Source: the human T2T-CHM13v2.0 reference genome, Homo sapiens
Reading direction: 5' to 3' (one strand)
Assembly (NCBI RefSeq): GCF_009914755.1
Contig: NC_060929.1
Length of the DNA: 64,000 bases
A program made the translations under genes and the position numbers. Positions 14,096 to 40,960 of this stretch are shown here, in pieces (positions within the stretch are counted from its first letter, which is position 1; every line of letters begins with the position of its first letter). The notes below the pieces were generated by a model. It saw only the letters and a program-made list of their open reading frames with translations, was not told the origin of the DNA and ran no database searches.

Positions 14096-14791
14096 TGGGT
14101 TAGGTTGTGAATTTTGTCACGTAACGACAACTAAGGCAGAAGCCTTCTCTGGCTTTGGGAGCAGTGTTGGTTTCAAGCAGGGTTACTGATTCCAGATTCC
14201 ACAGATCTGCCCAAAGTTTTTGTTGCCTTGAAGATTTATCTTGAAGAGTTGACCATTCTACCATGTACTAGAATTCAGAAAGTCCACCTTACAAGCTATC
14301 TTGGGCCCCTCCAGGTTTGTATAGATAATTATAAATCTGTGTTTGACCAAATGTTAATATTTTTAACTTAAAATAGCTTCATTGAGGAATGGTAGTATAT
14401 GAACCCCAGAACAAAACCATATTCTTTTAAACTACATGAACCTAGAGGTGTCAAAGATAGAATTTTTTTGTGCTCATCAGTTGATGCTAGTGAGAAGCTT
14501 GCAGTTGCTCTGGTTTGAGTCTCAAAAGCTTGACATGCAAGTTTCATCTTGGATGTAAATTACACATATAATTCTGTAAGTGACATGCAGTAGTCAGTCA
14601 TACTCCCAGTGTTAAGGACTATGTGGTTCTTCTCATCTGTTCCTAAAAGCTTTTTATCTTTTTTCTTCTTTTGGTCAAAGTGAACCTCAGAAGAAACTGT
14701 TAAATCTGGCATCCAATTTTCCTGAAAATGTGTGTGTGAAAAATCACACAAGTTGTATGGAAACCGTGTGGAATGCTGGATGGTCTGGTAG

Positions 14792-15951
<1,160 letters not shown>

Positions 15952-16451
15952 TCACATCGTGCCTTGAGCTCAATGGCTGAGACTTAGCAAAATCAGGGCT
16001 GAGATTCCAGAAGGACTATCTGTGCCTCCAAGGAATAGGAAATAGACTTGTTCGTCTAGAAACAGCTTTGGTTAAGAGAAGATGCCCGAGACTACCATTG
16101 CCACGAGTGTAGAGGTTTTGTTTCTTAGGCTTCCTCCTCCTCTTCCTCTCAATCACACTGAAATCTTATAGGATGCTACACAAGGCCAATATTACATGCT
16201 CCCAGTGGGTGGGCCAAGCAGTGCATTGTCTGGAAAGGAAAGGATCCCAGTAGGTGTGAGCTTGCTTAAGCCAAGGAGTTTTTATCTGGCACTGTTACTT
16301 TGCTGCTTCCAACATTTGTAAGAAAAGATATATTCAAACCTTTTGAAAATGTTTGACCATAGAAAATCTTCAGACTTCAAAAGTAGAAAGTAAGTGTTAA
16401 GGAAGGAAGGTGGCCTGTATTTGCCTATTGCTGCTAGAATGTGTGATTTTA

Positions 16452-23513
<7,062 letters not shown>

Positions 23514-24434
23514 TCTTTACTTGAAAAAGGAAAAATGAACTTACGCTTTCTTATATGAAGGCCAGCATTGGTAAGATTTTCAGTTGCTTCTATTGGTTCC
23601 ATCATTCATTCCCTCCATCTTGTAGGAGTTGTGTCTATAAATATACTGATACATGTATACATGACCAGGATCAGTATGAGTCTCCTGTAGGCCCTCTCAG
23701 ATAATGAGCACATGGCTTGTTAATCTTCCCCGGTTCTCCCTGTTCCATTTTCATTAGTGAGAAATTTGAGAGAAAAAAGATATTAGCAGAGCCAGATTCC
23801 TGTGGTCTCTTTTTTACACTCATTTAAATAAACTGAAATGGGAGAATGTTTGAGATTAAAGCCTTCATGTACTCTGGAATAACAGGCAGCCAAAGGATTG
23901 CTTTTCTTGAACAGAAAAAAAAAGTACATTGACCTAAGTTTCTGGGTCAGTCCTGTGAACTGTCTGTAGGTTTTAAAAGGCTAATTTTTTCCTGATAACC
24001 AAGTGTTTCTGATTCTTAGGTCAAACCCTTGACCTCTCACTCAATGTGCTGGGCTCTTAAAGAAGCAACCATTTATCCATAAGGGCAGGATTCCTTAAAA
24101 TTAAAACAAAAGAAAACAAGACAAACCCAGCAGCAGATATTTAATTACATCCAATTCTGAAGGGTAGGTTGTTTCTATCGAAAAGCTGTTATGTTTGTGC
24201 ACAGGGTCCTAATTAAACTGTTCACCCTTCCTCCATCCTTCGTCATAGAGGTCCCATAAAATCTCCTAGTGATTAGAAACCTACAGGCTGTTCTCCTTAG
24301 GAAGCATTGCTACTGAAAACAGCTCCCTAAAGTACAACTAGTGATTGAATTCTAATAGTAAAAAAAAAAAAAAAAAAAAAAAAAATCTTTAAAAACTAAC
24401 TCCTAAAAAGTAAACATAATTTTTAAATAACTAA

Positions 24435-26709
24435 ATTTTTAAAAAATCAAAGACTTTATTGGATAAAGGTTACACAACATTCTTTAACATTTAAAACTCT
24501 GAGCATACTTAAGATGAGAAACAATTTTTATCATTCAAGTCTACAAAACAAAATAGGCTTATGAAGATTGAAATACAGACAAAAGGTAGCATGAAGCAAA
24601 GCTTAAATATTAAGCAACTAAAGCAATGAAAGTGAAATAGCAACATGGTAGGTGTAGGTTTTAAATACCACCAAGTCTCATTTTTTAAAAAATGAAAATC
24701 TGGTTTGTAACAAAACACCTTTGAGAATATGCCATGAGAAAAAAAAAATATTTATATACTTAAAACCTGATCTCTCCCAATTCTTTTGCTTTATATTATT
24801 ACTTCTTGGTCATTTCCATCACTCTACACAAATAAAGAATTCTAAAGCTTAATTAAAAATCTTGATTATACACTTCATGTATCATGGTTTGGGAGAGTTA
24901 TCTGGTTCTTGAAGTGAGCCCGAAAGTACTGCTGGTGTTATGTATCTGAAAGAACAAGACTGACCCAAACCAAAGCCCTAGGCCATATAGAGTAGGGCAC
25001 CCCTATAGTATAGTTCATGTCATCTTTAGAACTCCCTGCTGCTACAGTTCCTGAGCTGACTTTTTCTGATTTGATAAAATATATAATGACTTCATAATAT
25101 GTAATTTTCCAAACAGACAATTGTAGAATGCAATCAAAACTTTAAATTATTTGCAGTATAATTAGAATTTGCATTAAGCTCATTAGACACAAGACTGCCT
25201 GCCTTTTCTTCAAGTTGTAAAACAAATCATAGGTATATTAAATGTTTTAAAACTCACCCAGAACCTTCTGTTAATCCTGAGCCTGGGGTTATTAGGTAAT
25301 TCCAAACTTACACAGTAACATTATGAAAAGTCTGACCACTTGAGCCAAGTGCTCAGTTATCTGTTACGTTGCTTCATATGAATTTTAAGGTTTTTTATTT
25401 TTTGGCATATTTTCCCTTTTTTGTAGTAAGTAATCAATATGGATTATCTTTCTGGTTTAAAAAATAAATCAGTATTGCCACTAAAAAACTTCAGTTTTAT
25501 TATTATTAAAAGTACGGCACCATCAAATATAAAATGCCTTAAAAATGTAGTACTAACAGGTCCATCTGGTTTTCTCATGTTTTCTCCATTCATTAAAAAA
25601 GAAAAATTAAGGTCTTTTATATATTTACCAAAGACAAGAAAAAAAACTACAGTCTCTATTAGTAAGAATTCATGCTCCATGCATGAGAAGTTTGACACTG
25701 TTTTAAAGGATCCTGTTCCTGCCACTTGTTGTCCCCCAGGGCCAAGTCCTACTGACACCTGTTGGAATTTCTTGCACTTAGGAGCGGCTCTCTATGGAGA
25801 GAGGTCCACATCAAAATTTAGACGTTGTCACCTTTTTTGAACTAGATAAAACCAGTAAGGATACAGACAATAATAAAAGGCTTTCCAACTCAGCAGAATT
25901 AAGAACTAGCTCTTGGAGTATATACATTTGCACTCCAATATCAACACTAGCCTATCCACTTTGAGTCAAAATTTGAAAGGTAAGAATGTAATTATGAAAA
26001 TGTGCACAAAATGTTAAATACTAGTGGCAAATAAATATATCTTAATATGTTCTAACAAGCAAACATATATTCAAGATAATACAGCCCTGCTTTATTAAAG
26101 AAGGAAAAGATCCAAATTGTGTTTGTGGGGTGGGGCGGGGCACTTTGCCATCCTTTCAGCAGGATGTTATTTTCTGTTGTTTCTACTGGCACCTTGAAGG
26201 AAACATTGGCCTTGGCATATGTGACTATTGCTTTTCATAGAAGAGCCATTTTAGAAATACCTTTGCTCATATCTGAACTGATTAACCTAAACCTTGGAGA
26301 AAGCACAAAGTTTAAGTATGAAAAATAATTCAGCATTTCTGCATCATCCCATGCCTTTTAGGCCTGTCCAAACTGTACTGATAAGAACTTCACATTCCAA
26401 AGAAGTTACTGTCAGTGTTTCTTCATATATAAAATTCAAGTGAGTTCTTACGTGTGTAATTCACATCATTTTTCTCCTCATCTCATGCATAATTTATTGC
26501 AAGTTTATTTTTTATAAAATATTCCCTAATACCTTTTCTTCGGTTTAAGACAGCACAATTTGCAAGTGCCCCTTTATAGACTGTTGTTTTTAACCACTGC
26601 CTTAACATTTACTTCTTAGTGCAGCTTTAAAAACTCCAATTTCATTCAGTCCTGATGCTCTGGTGTTCTCTGTGTCATTGTGGTACAGGTCCATGAAACC
26701 AGCAGCCTG
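24435..26709 (-). other. PWWP2A: 3'UTR (~2.3 kb, AU-rich) of PWWP-less PWWP2A isoforms
   Basis: Repeat-free AT-rich block from the TAG to the AATAAA at 24460-24455, followed by U-rich downstream sequence. Confidence 0.72.
24455..24460 (-). terminator. PWWP2A: Distal PWWP2A poly(A) signal AATAAA
   Basis: tttatt on +, at the end of the repeat-free UTR-like block. U-rich sequence and a long T run follow on the - strand. Confidence 0.7.
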
Positions 26710-26723
26710 CTAATGTCTTTGTG
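26710..26723 (-). CDS. PWWP2A: PWWP2A distal terminal exon, coding part (A)QRH*
   Basis: Acceptor ttttcttccttttctttactatatttcAG|CA CAA AGA CAT TAG, in frame after either upstream phase-1 donor. Confidence 0.8.
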
Positions 26724-29205
26724 CTGAAATATAGTAAAGAAAAGGAAGAAAATGTAGTTAAGCACAAGTAATTATATGAGGAAAATGATGTCCTTGTTGT
26801 TTAAGCCCTACATAGATTGTGGGATCACACCTGATTTTTTCTTTTAAATCGGTTAAACCTGACCGATGTTGTTTTGAGAAAACAACTTACTGCCACTCTA
26901 AACCAGCAGAAATATTCATGTTATTTCTGAAGTATTATCAGGCCAGTTTCCAACACAAGTAAAATGGCTGTCATCTTTACATAATCAATGTGCACTTGAG
27001 TGTTTTTTTAAAATACTTGCTTATAAATGCCTAGTAACAGGGGAATTTTAACTTTGTTCCTTATATCGCCATTTCACAGTACAGTGCTCTGAGAGTCAGC
27101 TTAGTTGCTGGGGACTGCTATGAAGCACCAACAGCCTTCTACTAGCACAGACTAGCCTACAGTTTTAAGGAACAAATTTATATACAGAGCCAGGCTATGT
27201 ACAAATCAGCAGCAGGTCACACTGTCCACATACTTGCAAAGAGCAAAATAAGAAGGGAATGGAGGGTGCCTCCCCAGAAGTAGACACAGCACATCGGAAG
27301 GCATGAAGAGCACCATTTTGATACTAGAAGACAACACATGTACACTGGTTAGACGGACCAGTATCCCTTGTTACACCAGCAAACGTGATTCTCAGCAGAG
27401 GCCTCTTCACCATACCTCCAACAAGAAGCAGGACTCCAAGCGCACTGTTTATAAAGGGCAAGGCTTATACAAATTACTGCTAAATAGCATGACCAGAATG
27501 ATCAACACTACTAACCTCCGTCTAATACTACGAAGTAGAAAGAAGCCCACTGAAACCCTCTACAATCCCTGATTATGCCTCTCAAACCTGGAAACCCAAG
27601 TACCAACACGAGTTTGAGTTCCAAAAGAGATGATCCGTGGAAAGAAAGATGAATTTTTGGTCAAATGCATACCAAAAATGGTATTTCAGTGGAATAATAA
27701 CAAACACATCAAACACAATGCAACAAGGAAAACAGAAAAACCACTCCGTCCTTCCCATTATTTAACTTCCAAACATTTCACAGGAGGTACCTTCCCCATG
27801 ATTTGACAGAACTGACTTGATTTTGTGTTGCCTTCCGGTGTTCCCATGCTTCCTTCGCTTACTAGATCAAGCCCTACAAAATACATTTCACTGGGTATTC
27901 TATCATGTTTCTCCTCAAGCAATGAAAAGTGACCTCTAGGGACAAATACTACACACATCAAGATGAAAGATGAATGTAGTCCTTGCTTCTGGAAAAAAAA
28001 AAAATGATTTACACTGTTTTAAAATTTGACATTGAGCTCAGTTTTTACTTTCTAAAACTAAGATACTGTACTAATATGATGGCAATACTAATAGATTAAG
28101 GCTCACACAGAACTTTGGAAGCAAATGTTCCCATTTTATAAACTGAAGGAAGAAAAGGTAAACACCCAATCCCATGTAAAATTCCATTTCCTTCTATTTA
28201 TGACTCAATATTTGGCTTCAATTTTAGTGAGGCCTATTTAAGTTCAGTTAAAATCTATGGCAGGAAAGGCAAGGACTCAAACAGATCTTACTATTCCTAT
28301 GAGAGGTGCAGAAAAATAAAAAACACTATTCCCTCAAGAGATACGCATCTTAAGGGTAGCTACCACTCCTACGCAGATAAGTGTCCAAAATCCCAGCTGC
28401 AATCTCTAATCCAAAATTTGCCATTCTGATCCAGCCTGCAAATTACAGCTTCCATGCAACTATACAGTTCTTCACTAGCTGTACAAACACCAGAGGGTTA
28501 AACAGCCTTACTTCAAGGAAGCAATAAAAGTAGTAAGTTTCAAAGCAGTGCAAACACACAGAAATCCCTGAACTTTTCCTACCCTATAAGGGCCCAAAAT
28601 AAGCCTTTTAGGCCTTATCCAAGGAGTTATTAATAAATGTACTTAAAGAAATAGACTATATTTCAGCACTATCTTTTACCACCCTCTGGAATTTTGACTT
28701 GCTTTATGTAAATGACAATGGTTTTGTGACTAATTCACTAAGAATATATATACACATATGTGTTCACATATATATTCTTATATATATACAGTAAGAAGTA
28801 ATGACTAAGAAGTTTAATGAATATAAAAGTGACAAAAAAAGACGGAGATAGTGAAAAGATAAAAGACATCCAGTATTTTTGACTTTCCATGGAGACTCAG
28901 TTGCTATTTGACATAATTCTGCAAGGTCACACCCAACTTCTACCACCCTAAGAGAATCTGCTCTCAATTCACAGAAGCTCACAGGAGACTCCTCTTTTTT
29001 GGCATGGCAGGTAGTATCAATGGAAAGTTATTTTCATTCATTAAAACTATCACCTACACGAGGCACACCCGGCTACCAAAGTCAATGAAAACTAAAGAAA
29101 AAGAACTAATGAATTCTTTTAAGTCTAGCCTAATCTACTTCAGGAATGATTAAGTGATGACATGATGCCCTCTTCACTTTGTGGCAGGGCTTAAAACAGA
29201 CAGAC

Positions 29206-29325
29206 CTGCCCGTTTCACTGTTAACTTCAATGCTCCCAGTCTGAATCCACAGTGGTCTGTCAGACACTGTAAGGGAGCAGCAGGACTCGTCACTGTCTGA
29301 TGTAATAGCTGCCATTTGTTGAGAC
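29206..29325 (-). CDS. PWWP2A: PWWP2A alternative 120-nt cassette exon (GLNKWQLLHQTVTSPAAPLQCLTDHCGFRLGALKLTVKRA)
   Basis: Acceptor ttttttctaccatAG|G and donor GCAG|GTCTGT. Symmetric phase 1, 40 codons, open in frame with the 41680 donor. It matches my recollection of a short PWWP2A isoform C-terminus. Confidence 0.82.
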
Positions 29326-29794
29326 CTATGGTAGAAAAAACCAAGTTAACAAAAATAAAGCATTCGAGTTTTTTAATCCATCCATTTTACCAAAAAAATA
29401 GTTTTAAAATAAGACCAAAATTCAGGTGAATTTTCATAACAAATTTATTCTGGATAACTTGCTCGCTTCACAGAAAGAGAAGCTTTGGTACTAAATGAAA
29501 ACAGACTTGAGAGCTGTGTAGACACAACAGCCTTTGCCAGGAGAGGGCACTCTCCGGCTCAAGTCAAATCCGCAGCAAGATGCAATGGGGCACACCAAGA
29601 TTCTGCCCTCCAAGCAAACTAACAAATGAAAGGGGAAATGCTAACTCACACTGGATGTTCCTAACAAAAAATGTTTTACTAATCTCACGTTAGCCTATGT
29701 TGGAGAAGTCCTGATCTTCTCAGTCAGTATTCAAAGATAAGGCTGAACCGTCATCTCTGTCCACACTACATAATTAATGAGCTCAATGACCCCC

Positions 29795-30093
29795 TTTTTT
29801 TTTTTTTTTTTTTGAGACAGTCTCACTCTTGTTAGCCCAGGCTGGAGTGCAGTGGCACGATCTCGGCTCACTGCAACCTCCTCCTCCCAGGTTCAAGTGA
29901 TTCTCCTGCCTCAGCCTTCTGAGTAGCTAGGATTACAGGCGCCCGCCACCACACCTGGCTAATTTTTTATATTTTTAGTAGAGATGGGGTTTCACCGTTT
30001 TGGCCAGCCTGGTCTCAAACTCCTGACCTCAGGTGATCCACCTACCTCGGCCTCCCAAAGTGCTGGGATTATAGGCGTGAGGCACCATACTGA
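29795..30093 (-). mobile_element. AluS
   Basis: Poly-T followed by an antisense Alu body. Confidence 0.9.
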
Positions 30094-30719
30094 GGCTCTT
30101 TTGACCCTTTTTAGCAAAATGACCAAAAACTGCCTCAACCCCTTTCCACTTTAATCCCAATAACCACACTTGCATACCATTCAGGACCTAAATTTACTGT
30201 GTGAGGTAATACCTCGTTGAAATAACAGTTATAACAAGATAAGCTTTTTTATGACACTTAAGCTTTCAAAACAGACTTCAAATACTAAGCGTAATTTAAA
30301 TGAAGGACTGCTATCTTAAGCCTAATTTTTAAACATATTGGCTTGTTTGCTTACTTTCCTAACTATAAATAAAAAACAATTCACCTATCACATCAATGTA
30401 GTCAACTCTGAGATCATTAGTTAGATAACATTCAGTCTTTATAATTGTTTTTTTAATGCTAAGTTAAATTAGAAGCAGCAGTATATAATGAAAACCTATT
30501 TATAAAAGGCTTTTCTGACACTGAAAAGATTTTGTATACACCTGATCTAGAAAAATAATTACTTCTGAATTTTAACTTGGGAAAATAATTTTTTAGGGTG
30601 AGATTTAATAATGAGGTATTTATCCTTTTGTTCATGGAAAAACTTAATATACTATCAACTATAACCCAACAGCAATCACACAAGAATAAGGGAATCTGAG
30701 TGCACTAAAGAAATTATCT

Positions 30720-31018
<299 letters not shown>

Positions 31019-32689
31019 TTATCTTTTGAACCTCTCCCTCTACAAGTAAAACTTGTTAGGTTTCAACAATCATTCTAGAGAATCTGCTTTTCAATTTTAA
31101 GCAAGGAGAGTCAAGATGTATCAAAGAATGATCTCATGTTTCCCTGTGCAATTCCTCACCTGCAACCCCCTGAAATGCCAAAATATTAACAAACCAGTCC
31201 CTGGTCCACAGTGCCTGGTTTGTGAGTCTTTTGTGCTAATGTTTAAGATAATCTTCCCCTCAATGCTTTTAGGATCTCGAGGCTTTTCTTTAGAATTTAC
31301 CACTAGCACAGGATATCCATTAGGAAGAGCCAGGAGACCCAGCTGTGATGCAGTAAGTGGAGGGAGAGACCCATGAAAAGGCGGCAATTTCATCGGAAAT
31401 TACTTATTTTGTCCTTTGAGAGAAAGCTTAAGTGCAACAATGGCAACTATTCTTGGGAAGCAGCAGAACTGTAATGGGCAAACCAGAACAGGGTAACCCT
31501 CAATCTCCCTCTTAGCGTGCACGAAAGAAGTAGAGTTTATGCTCTTAAAGAAAGCCCACAATTAAAAACTAAAAACTTAAGAGCATTAGACATTATCTCA
31601 CTGAACACTCAAAATGAATTTTCTTAATACAGTAAAGCATGATGCAACATGAACAAGCAGGAAAAGCATCAACAGTATCTCATCTTACAATAGCCCTTCT
31701 GGCTTTCCAACCTTAGTGCTATTTTTCTAACCAGCTCTTTTAGACAAACTGCATGTAATTCTTCCCAGTATACCAGGACTCACACCAAGATGTGCCACAC
31801 TCAGCCAGATTCCTTGCTAAAACTAAACTGTTGGGGGAGATGACAGATTTGTGATTAACAGCATCCCCAAAATGACCCATGGGTAAAAATGACTATCCTC
31901 TGGAAAATATGGCCAAACCACACACAGTTCAAGGCGTTGGAATGTGTGGCATTTCCCTCCTAGAAAGAGGAGACAATCTACTCAATCATACGAGCAGCAA
32001 TAAAAACGAAAATGTTCAAATTAATCTCCACTTTTCCTCCATACGGCAAAACATTAAAATAGTAAAATGCTACGGTCCTAGGGAAGCACAGCATCTATGC
32101 AAATCAGCTAATTTACCCAAAAGCTGACAAATGTAGCTTTGTAGTTCTAACATCTTTGTGAAGTTCTCCTAATAGGACCTCCACTGCATTGGGCCCTACC
32201 AGCTCAGATACTTATGTGTCATGGAAAGGGTTCGGGATGTGTGGGGCATCTGAGATGGTCATCGGTCATTAGGACATGTCTGAACCAGAATTGCTCATCA
32301 TTCATTCACAAGAAGACAATCATTTCCCCCCATGCCAGGCCCTGTGTTTGGCATAAGGGAGAGTAGAATAGGAAAGTGAGTACCAGATCACTGGAATTTG
32401 TGTGTTAAATAAATGAATGGGGCAAGAGTTGAAATATGTTAACACAGGTCTCCTTTAACCATAATCCTCATGACCTTCGATTCAGTTAACCTCTGCAAAT
32501 GCCTATTAAAACTAGTGAGTCCATGCTACTTCCAGAGACTTGTGAATAATCATGCTATGATTTCTCAAAATTTTCAGGTACAAATAACATTGTTATATTT
32601 CCATTTATACTGAGTATATGTTGCAGAATGATAGTATCGAAAGCTACCAGAATTTACCGTGCAACACAAAGTGACTGCAGTGGTAGTAA

Positions 32690-32915
32690 TGATGGCAAGT
32701 ATTTATACAGCCTCATGCAAGACATTTTTTTTATTGCTTTAAATATTCTTTTAAATTCTCACAATTATCTTATGAGGAGATACTATTATTCTCCTTATTT
32801 CACATGTGATGATATTGGGAGTAACCTGCCTAAGATCACATAGTGTGTAAGTGGCTGATCAAAGTCAGGCTTTGAATCCAGCAAATCTGGCTCAAGAGCT
32901 TGTACTTTGAGCCAT
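32690..32915 (-). mobile_element. MIR
   Basis: MIR core (aacctgcctaagatcacatag..gtaagtggc..tttgaatccagcaaatctggctc). Confidence 0.7.
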
Positions 32916-32989
32916 GTGCCTGAAAAGTGAAAGGGAATGGTTCTTTGCTCAATAAAAGCCTGCTATTAAGCACTACTGTTGCAAAAATC

Positions 32990-38065
<5,076 letters not shown>

Positions 38066-39907
38066 CTCTCACAGATAATTGTTTGGTCTTTGGTTCCACA
38101 TCTGTAAATGAGAGTTGAATGGATGTTCCTTCCAAATGATTAGTCAGCTTCCTGGTCTATAAATTCTAGAAAGTAAAAAGGGAAAAATACTCTGATGCTT
38201 TACATTTCTGAGAATTTCCAGAAATAAAGACATTCTTAGCTTTCACAACTCTTCCTTCACTTGGTTTCTCCCCTGGCCAATCCTTTGTTTTAGCCACGAC
38301 TCTTACTTAAGCCGCAGATTTGGTCTAAGCCAGTTTACTCCCACTCCAAGGGGAAAAAATACCCACTTCTGTTATCTCCATATCAAGAATAAGTGCCTTT
38401 TATCATTTCAAAGAGAAATATAAAGTGGCTACAACTACCCAATTCAACTCTATCTCCATCTGCAGTAGATACTGGACAAATTTATCTAAGACATTTCCAT
38501 TGGAATAAAAGTTTTTAATATTCAGCTATTAGAGTTTAGAATACACATTTAAGATTAGAGAGATTCTTTAAAACTTGCTTCCCTACTGAAACTGCAAATG
38601 AAATATGCCAGACTGCCAGTTTAAAACGAAGGGGTCATTTGGCATATCATTTGTGATATGCTCAACCTTTTCCTCAAAGGTGTGTTCTACAAAACTGATT
38701 GTTATTTTTATATTCAACAATCATGTTTTTTTTTTCTTCTCTTTCCCCATGGCTTCTGAAACAAATCCAATTTGGTTTATGCCACAACAGCACATTTACC
38801 AAGCACTTGACCATATCAGTAATGTCTACTTCAAACTACTGTTAAAACTCACCCAGATCATTACACAAAGCCTTGGAATTACATATTTTGATGACTTTTA
38901 AGTCTTTCTGAACTTTAGATTTCAAACTTTTAAAAACACCTGATTGAACAAGTTCATTAATCTGAAACAAATACTTGGAAAATCTTTTAGGATAGTTCCT
39001 TATAACTTCTCAACCACACTGTGAATTTCAAAGAATTTTTTTTTTAAGTATAGTTGTTTCTGTTTGCAGGAAAGAATATGTTCTACTCAAGTGAAACATG
39101 TTTTCAAAATGTGTGTTTATTATAATCAAAAAGCATTGAGTGAGTTCCCCATAAGAAATTCTACTTGCTTCTGCAAAAATTCGCAATCAGTCAATAACCT
39201 TAAGAAAGCTGACAAGACTATTGATTTTCAATCTCCATTAATCTTTTCATTGAGTTCCATAGTAACTACTTCAAATTGGATTTAGAAATCCACAAAAAAC
39301 TGCTAAATTTTAAATTTCTAAAAGTATTGAAATTAGATATCCAAAAGTTAAGACACAAAGTATGAAAGCAACTTTAAAAATCTTGAGATAAACTTGCCTC
39401 CACAGCCAATCAGATATATTTCTCACTACTAATACAAAGCTAAAAATGGAAAATAAGAAATCAAATCTTAGGGACAGATGGACCATGTAGAAAAATAGTA
39501 AGCTAAGTTACTAGCCCCAAAAGCAGTGATACATGAGGCAGAAAACCAAACAGAAGAGACCGGTTGTAATTACCCGAATGTAAAAAAAGGAAGCATGTGA
39601 TGAAATATTAAGACTAAAAATTAAAATTCACACATTTATGAGAAATTGGCAGGAAGGGGATATCAAATCTAAAAGCATTATCAAACCTCTATACTACAAA
39701 ATCTTATTTTGAGAATATACTGATTCATCTCTCATTATTTGAAGTTTTCTTATCTCAGATAATATATTCCCTGATAGGGCAAATAGCAAAATAAAAGTTT
39801 GATTTTTCATCTCTTCTAAACACTCTTACAAAGAATAATTTTCTACCATCTTGAAATTTTTCAAAGCTTTTTGAGAAACACACACAAATAATTTGGATTT
39901 AGTTGAT

Positions 39908-39913
39908 TTTATT
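39908..39913 (-). terminator. PWWP2A: Proximal PWWP2A poly(A) signal AATAAA
   Basis: tttatt on the + strand. A GU-rich element (tttgtgtgtgtttctc) follows on the - strand at ~39873-39888. Confidence 0.78.
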
Positions 39914-40511
39914 TACAGCTTTTTTTTGGTTTTTTTTTTTTTTTTTACATTTCAGAGCATTACACAATTACATTTTCTCATTTTCTGACCTGCAAACAGA
40001 TACCTTAAACGGAAATTATTTTGTTTTAATTATCAAATTAGGTACATCCAAAATGCAACAATTACACATATGACAATTAATTCACAAAGTATAATTTTAC
40101 TGGGACATATCCTAAGAATTTAGGAACAGCCAGTCAGGAGAAATCTGACCAAATTTAGCAATCACTATTTACAAATCCAAAATCAAACCTATCTAAACTC
40201 CCAAACCAGAAGCTTGAAAGTATTTATTAAATCCCCACTGGACGAAAGACAGTGATGACTAACACCTATCCAGTCTTGACAGTTTTAATCCCAAACACTG
40301 GGCTATTTCCCCAGTCTGTAACTGAATTGCAACCATCTGTTTGTCAAACACCTAACCATCTAACTTTTACACCATTATGCGCATAGAAAGGCTAAGTGTT
40401 CATTATTTAAAAAACAAGTAGTCATTAAATATCCACTATTCCCCCAGCTCACCAAGCCCTTATTGCAATCCCAAATATGCAATCTGTGTCACACAGTGAC
40501 AGGCTGTATTT

Positions 40512-40562
40512 CATATATATATATGTGTATATATACATATATATGTGTGTATATATACATAC

Positions 40563-40618
<56 letters not shown>

Positions 40619-40640
40619 GTATATATATGTATATATACAG
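40512..40640. repeat. Compound (TA)n/(TG)/(CA) microsatellite in the PWWP2A 3'UTR
   Basis: Pure (AT) run of ~21 units at ~40567-40609, flanked by alternating purine-pyrimidine units. Confidence 0.95.
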
Positions 40641-40960
40641 TATTAGGTACAAATGGCAATTAACAGTCCCTACAAAAATTCAATTTCAGTTGAGGCTATG
40701 GCTCCTATGCCTTGGGATGGTTTCGAACTTCAAAACTGAAAAATACTGCTAAAATCTCACTTCCTTAACACAAAATTTGATTATATGTTCAGTTTAAGCT
40801 CTCAGTCTAAAAATGGCTATAAGGTAAGTATTAAAAAGCCAGCCAACTGAGTGCAACTTCTCTCTCCAATCTGGCCACGCTATTTTGTAGAAATTATTCC
40901 TAACTAGACTAGAAAATCTGTGGTGACTTCCAATGGTCTTGCCTACCTTACTGCCCATGT

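Larger units (their letters stand above)
39890..40960 (-). other. PWWP2A: 3'UTR of the PWWP-containing PWWP2A isoform
   Basis: Contiguous with the stop at 40961, free of interspersed repeats, and ends ~20 nt after the AATAAA at 39913-39908. Confidence 0.75.

Noticed and set aside
25439-25840. 133-aa + and 104-aa - ORFs in the distal UTR
   Set aside because: No recognisable domain, AT-rich UTR composition, no supporting splice or start context.
39920-39946. Long T tract as an apparent poly(A) tail or retrocopy end (also A-runs at 1092-1120 and 24360-24385)
   Set aside because: Genomic homopolymers with no associated retroelement body or TSD that I could see. The 39920 tract is mainly an oligo-dT internal-priming hazard.
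40449-40752. YIYIYI-rich ORFs (also at 58072-58672)
   Set aside because: Produced by (TA)n microsatellites.
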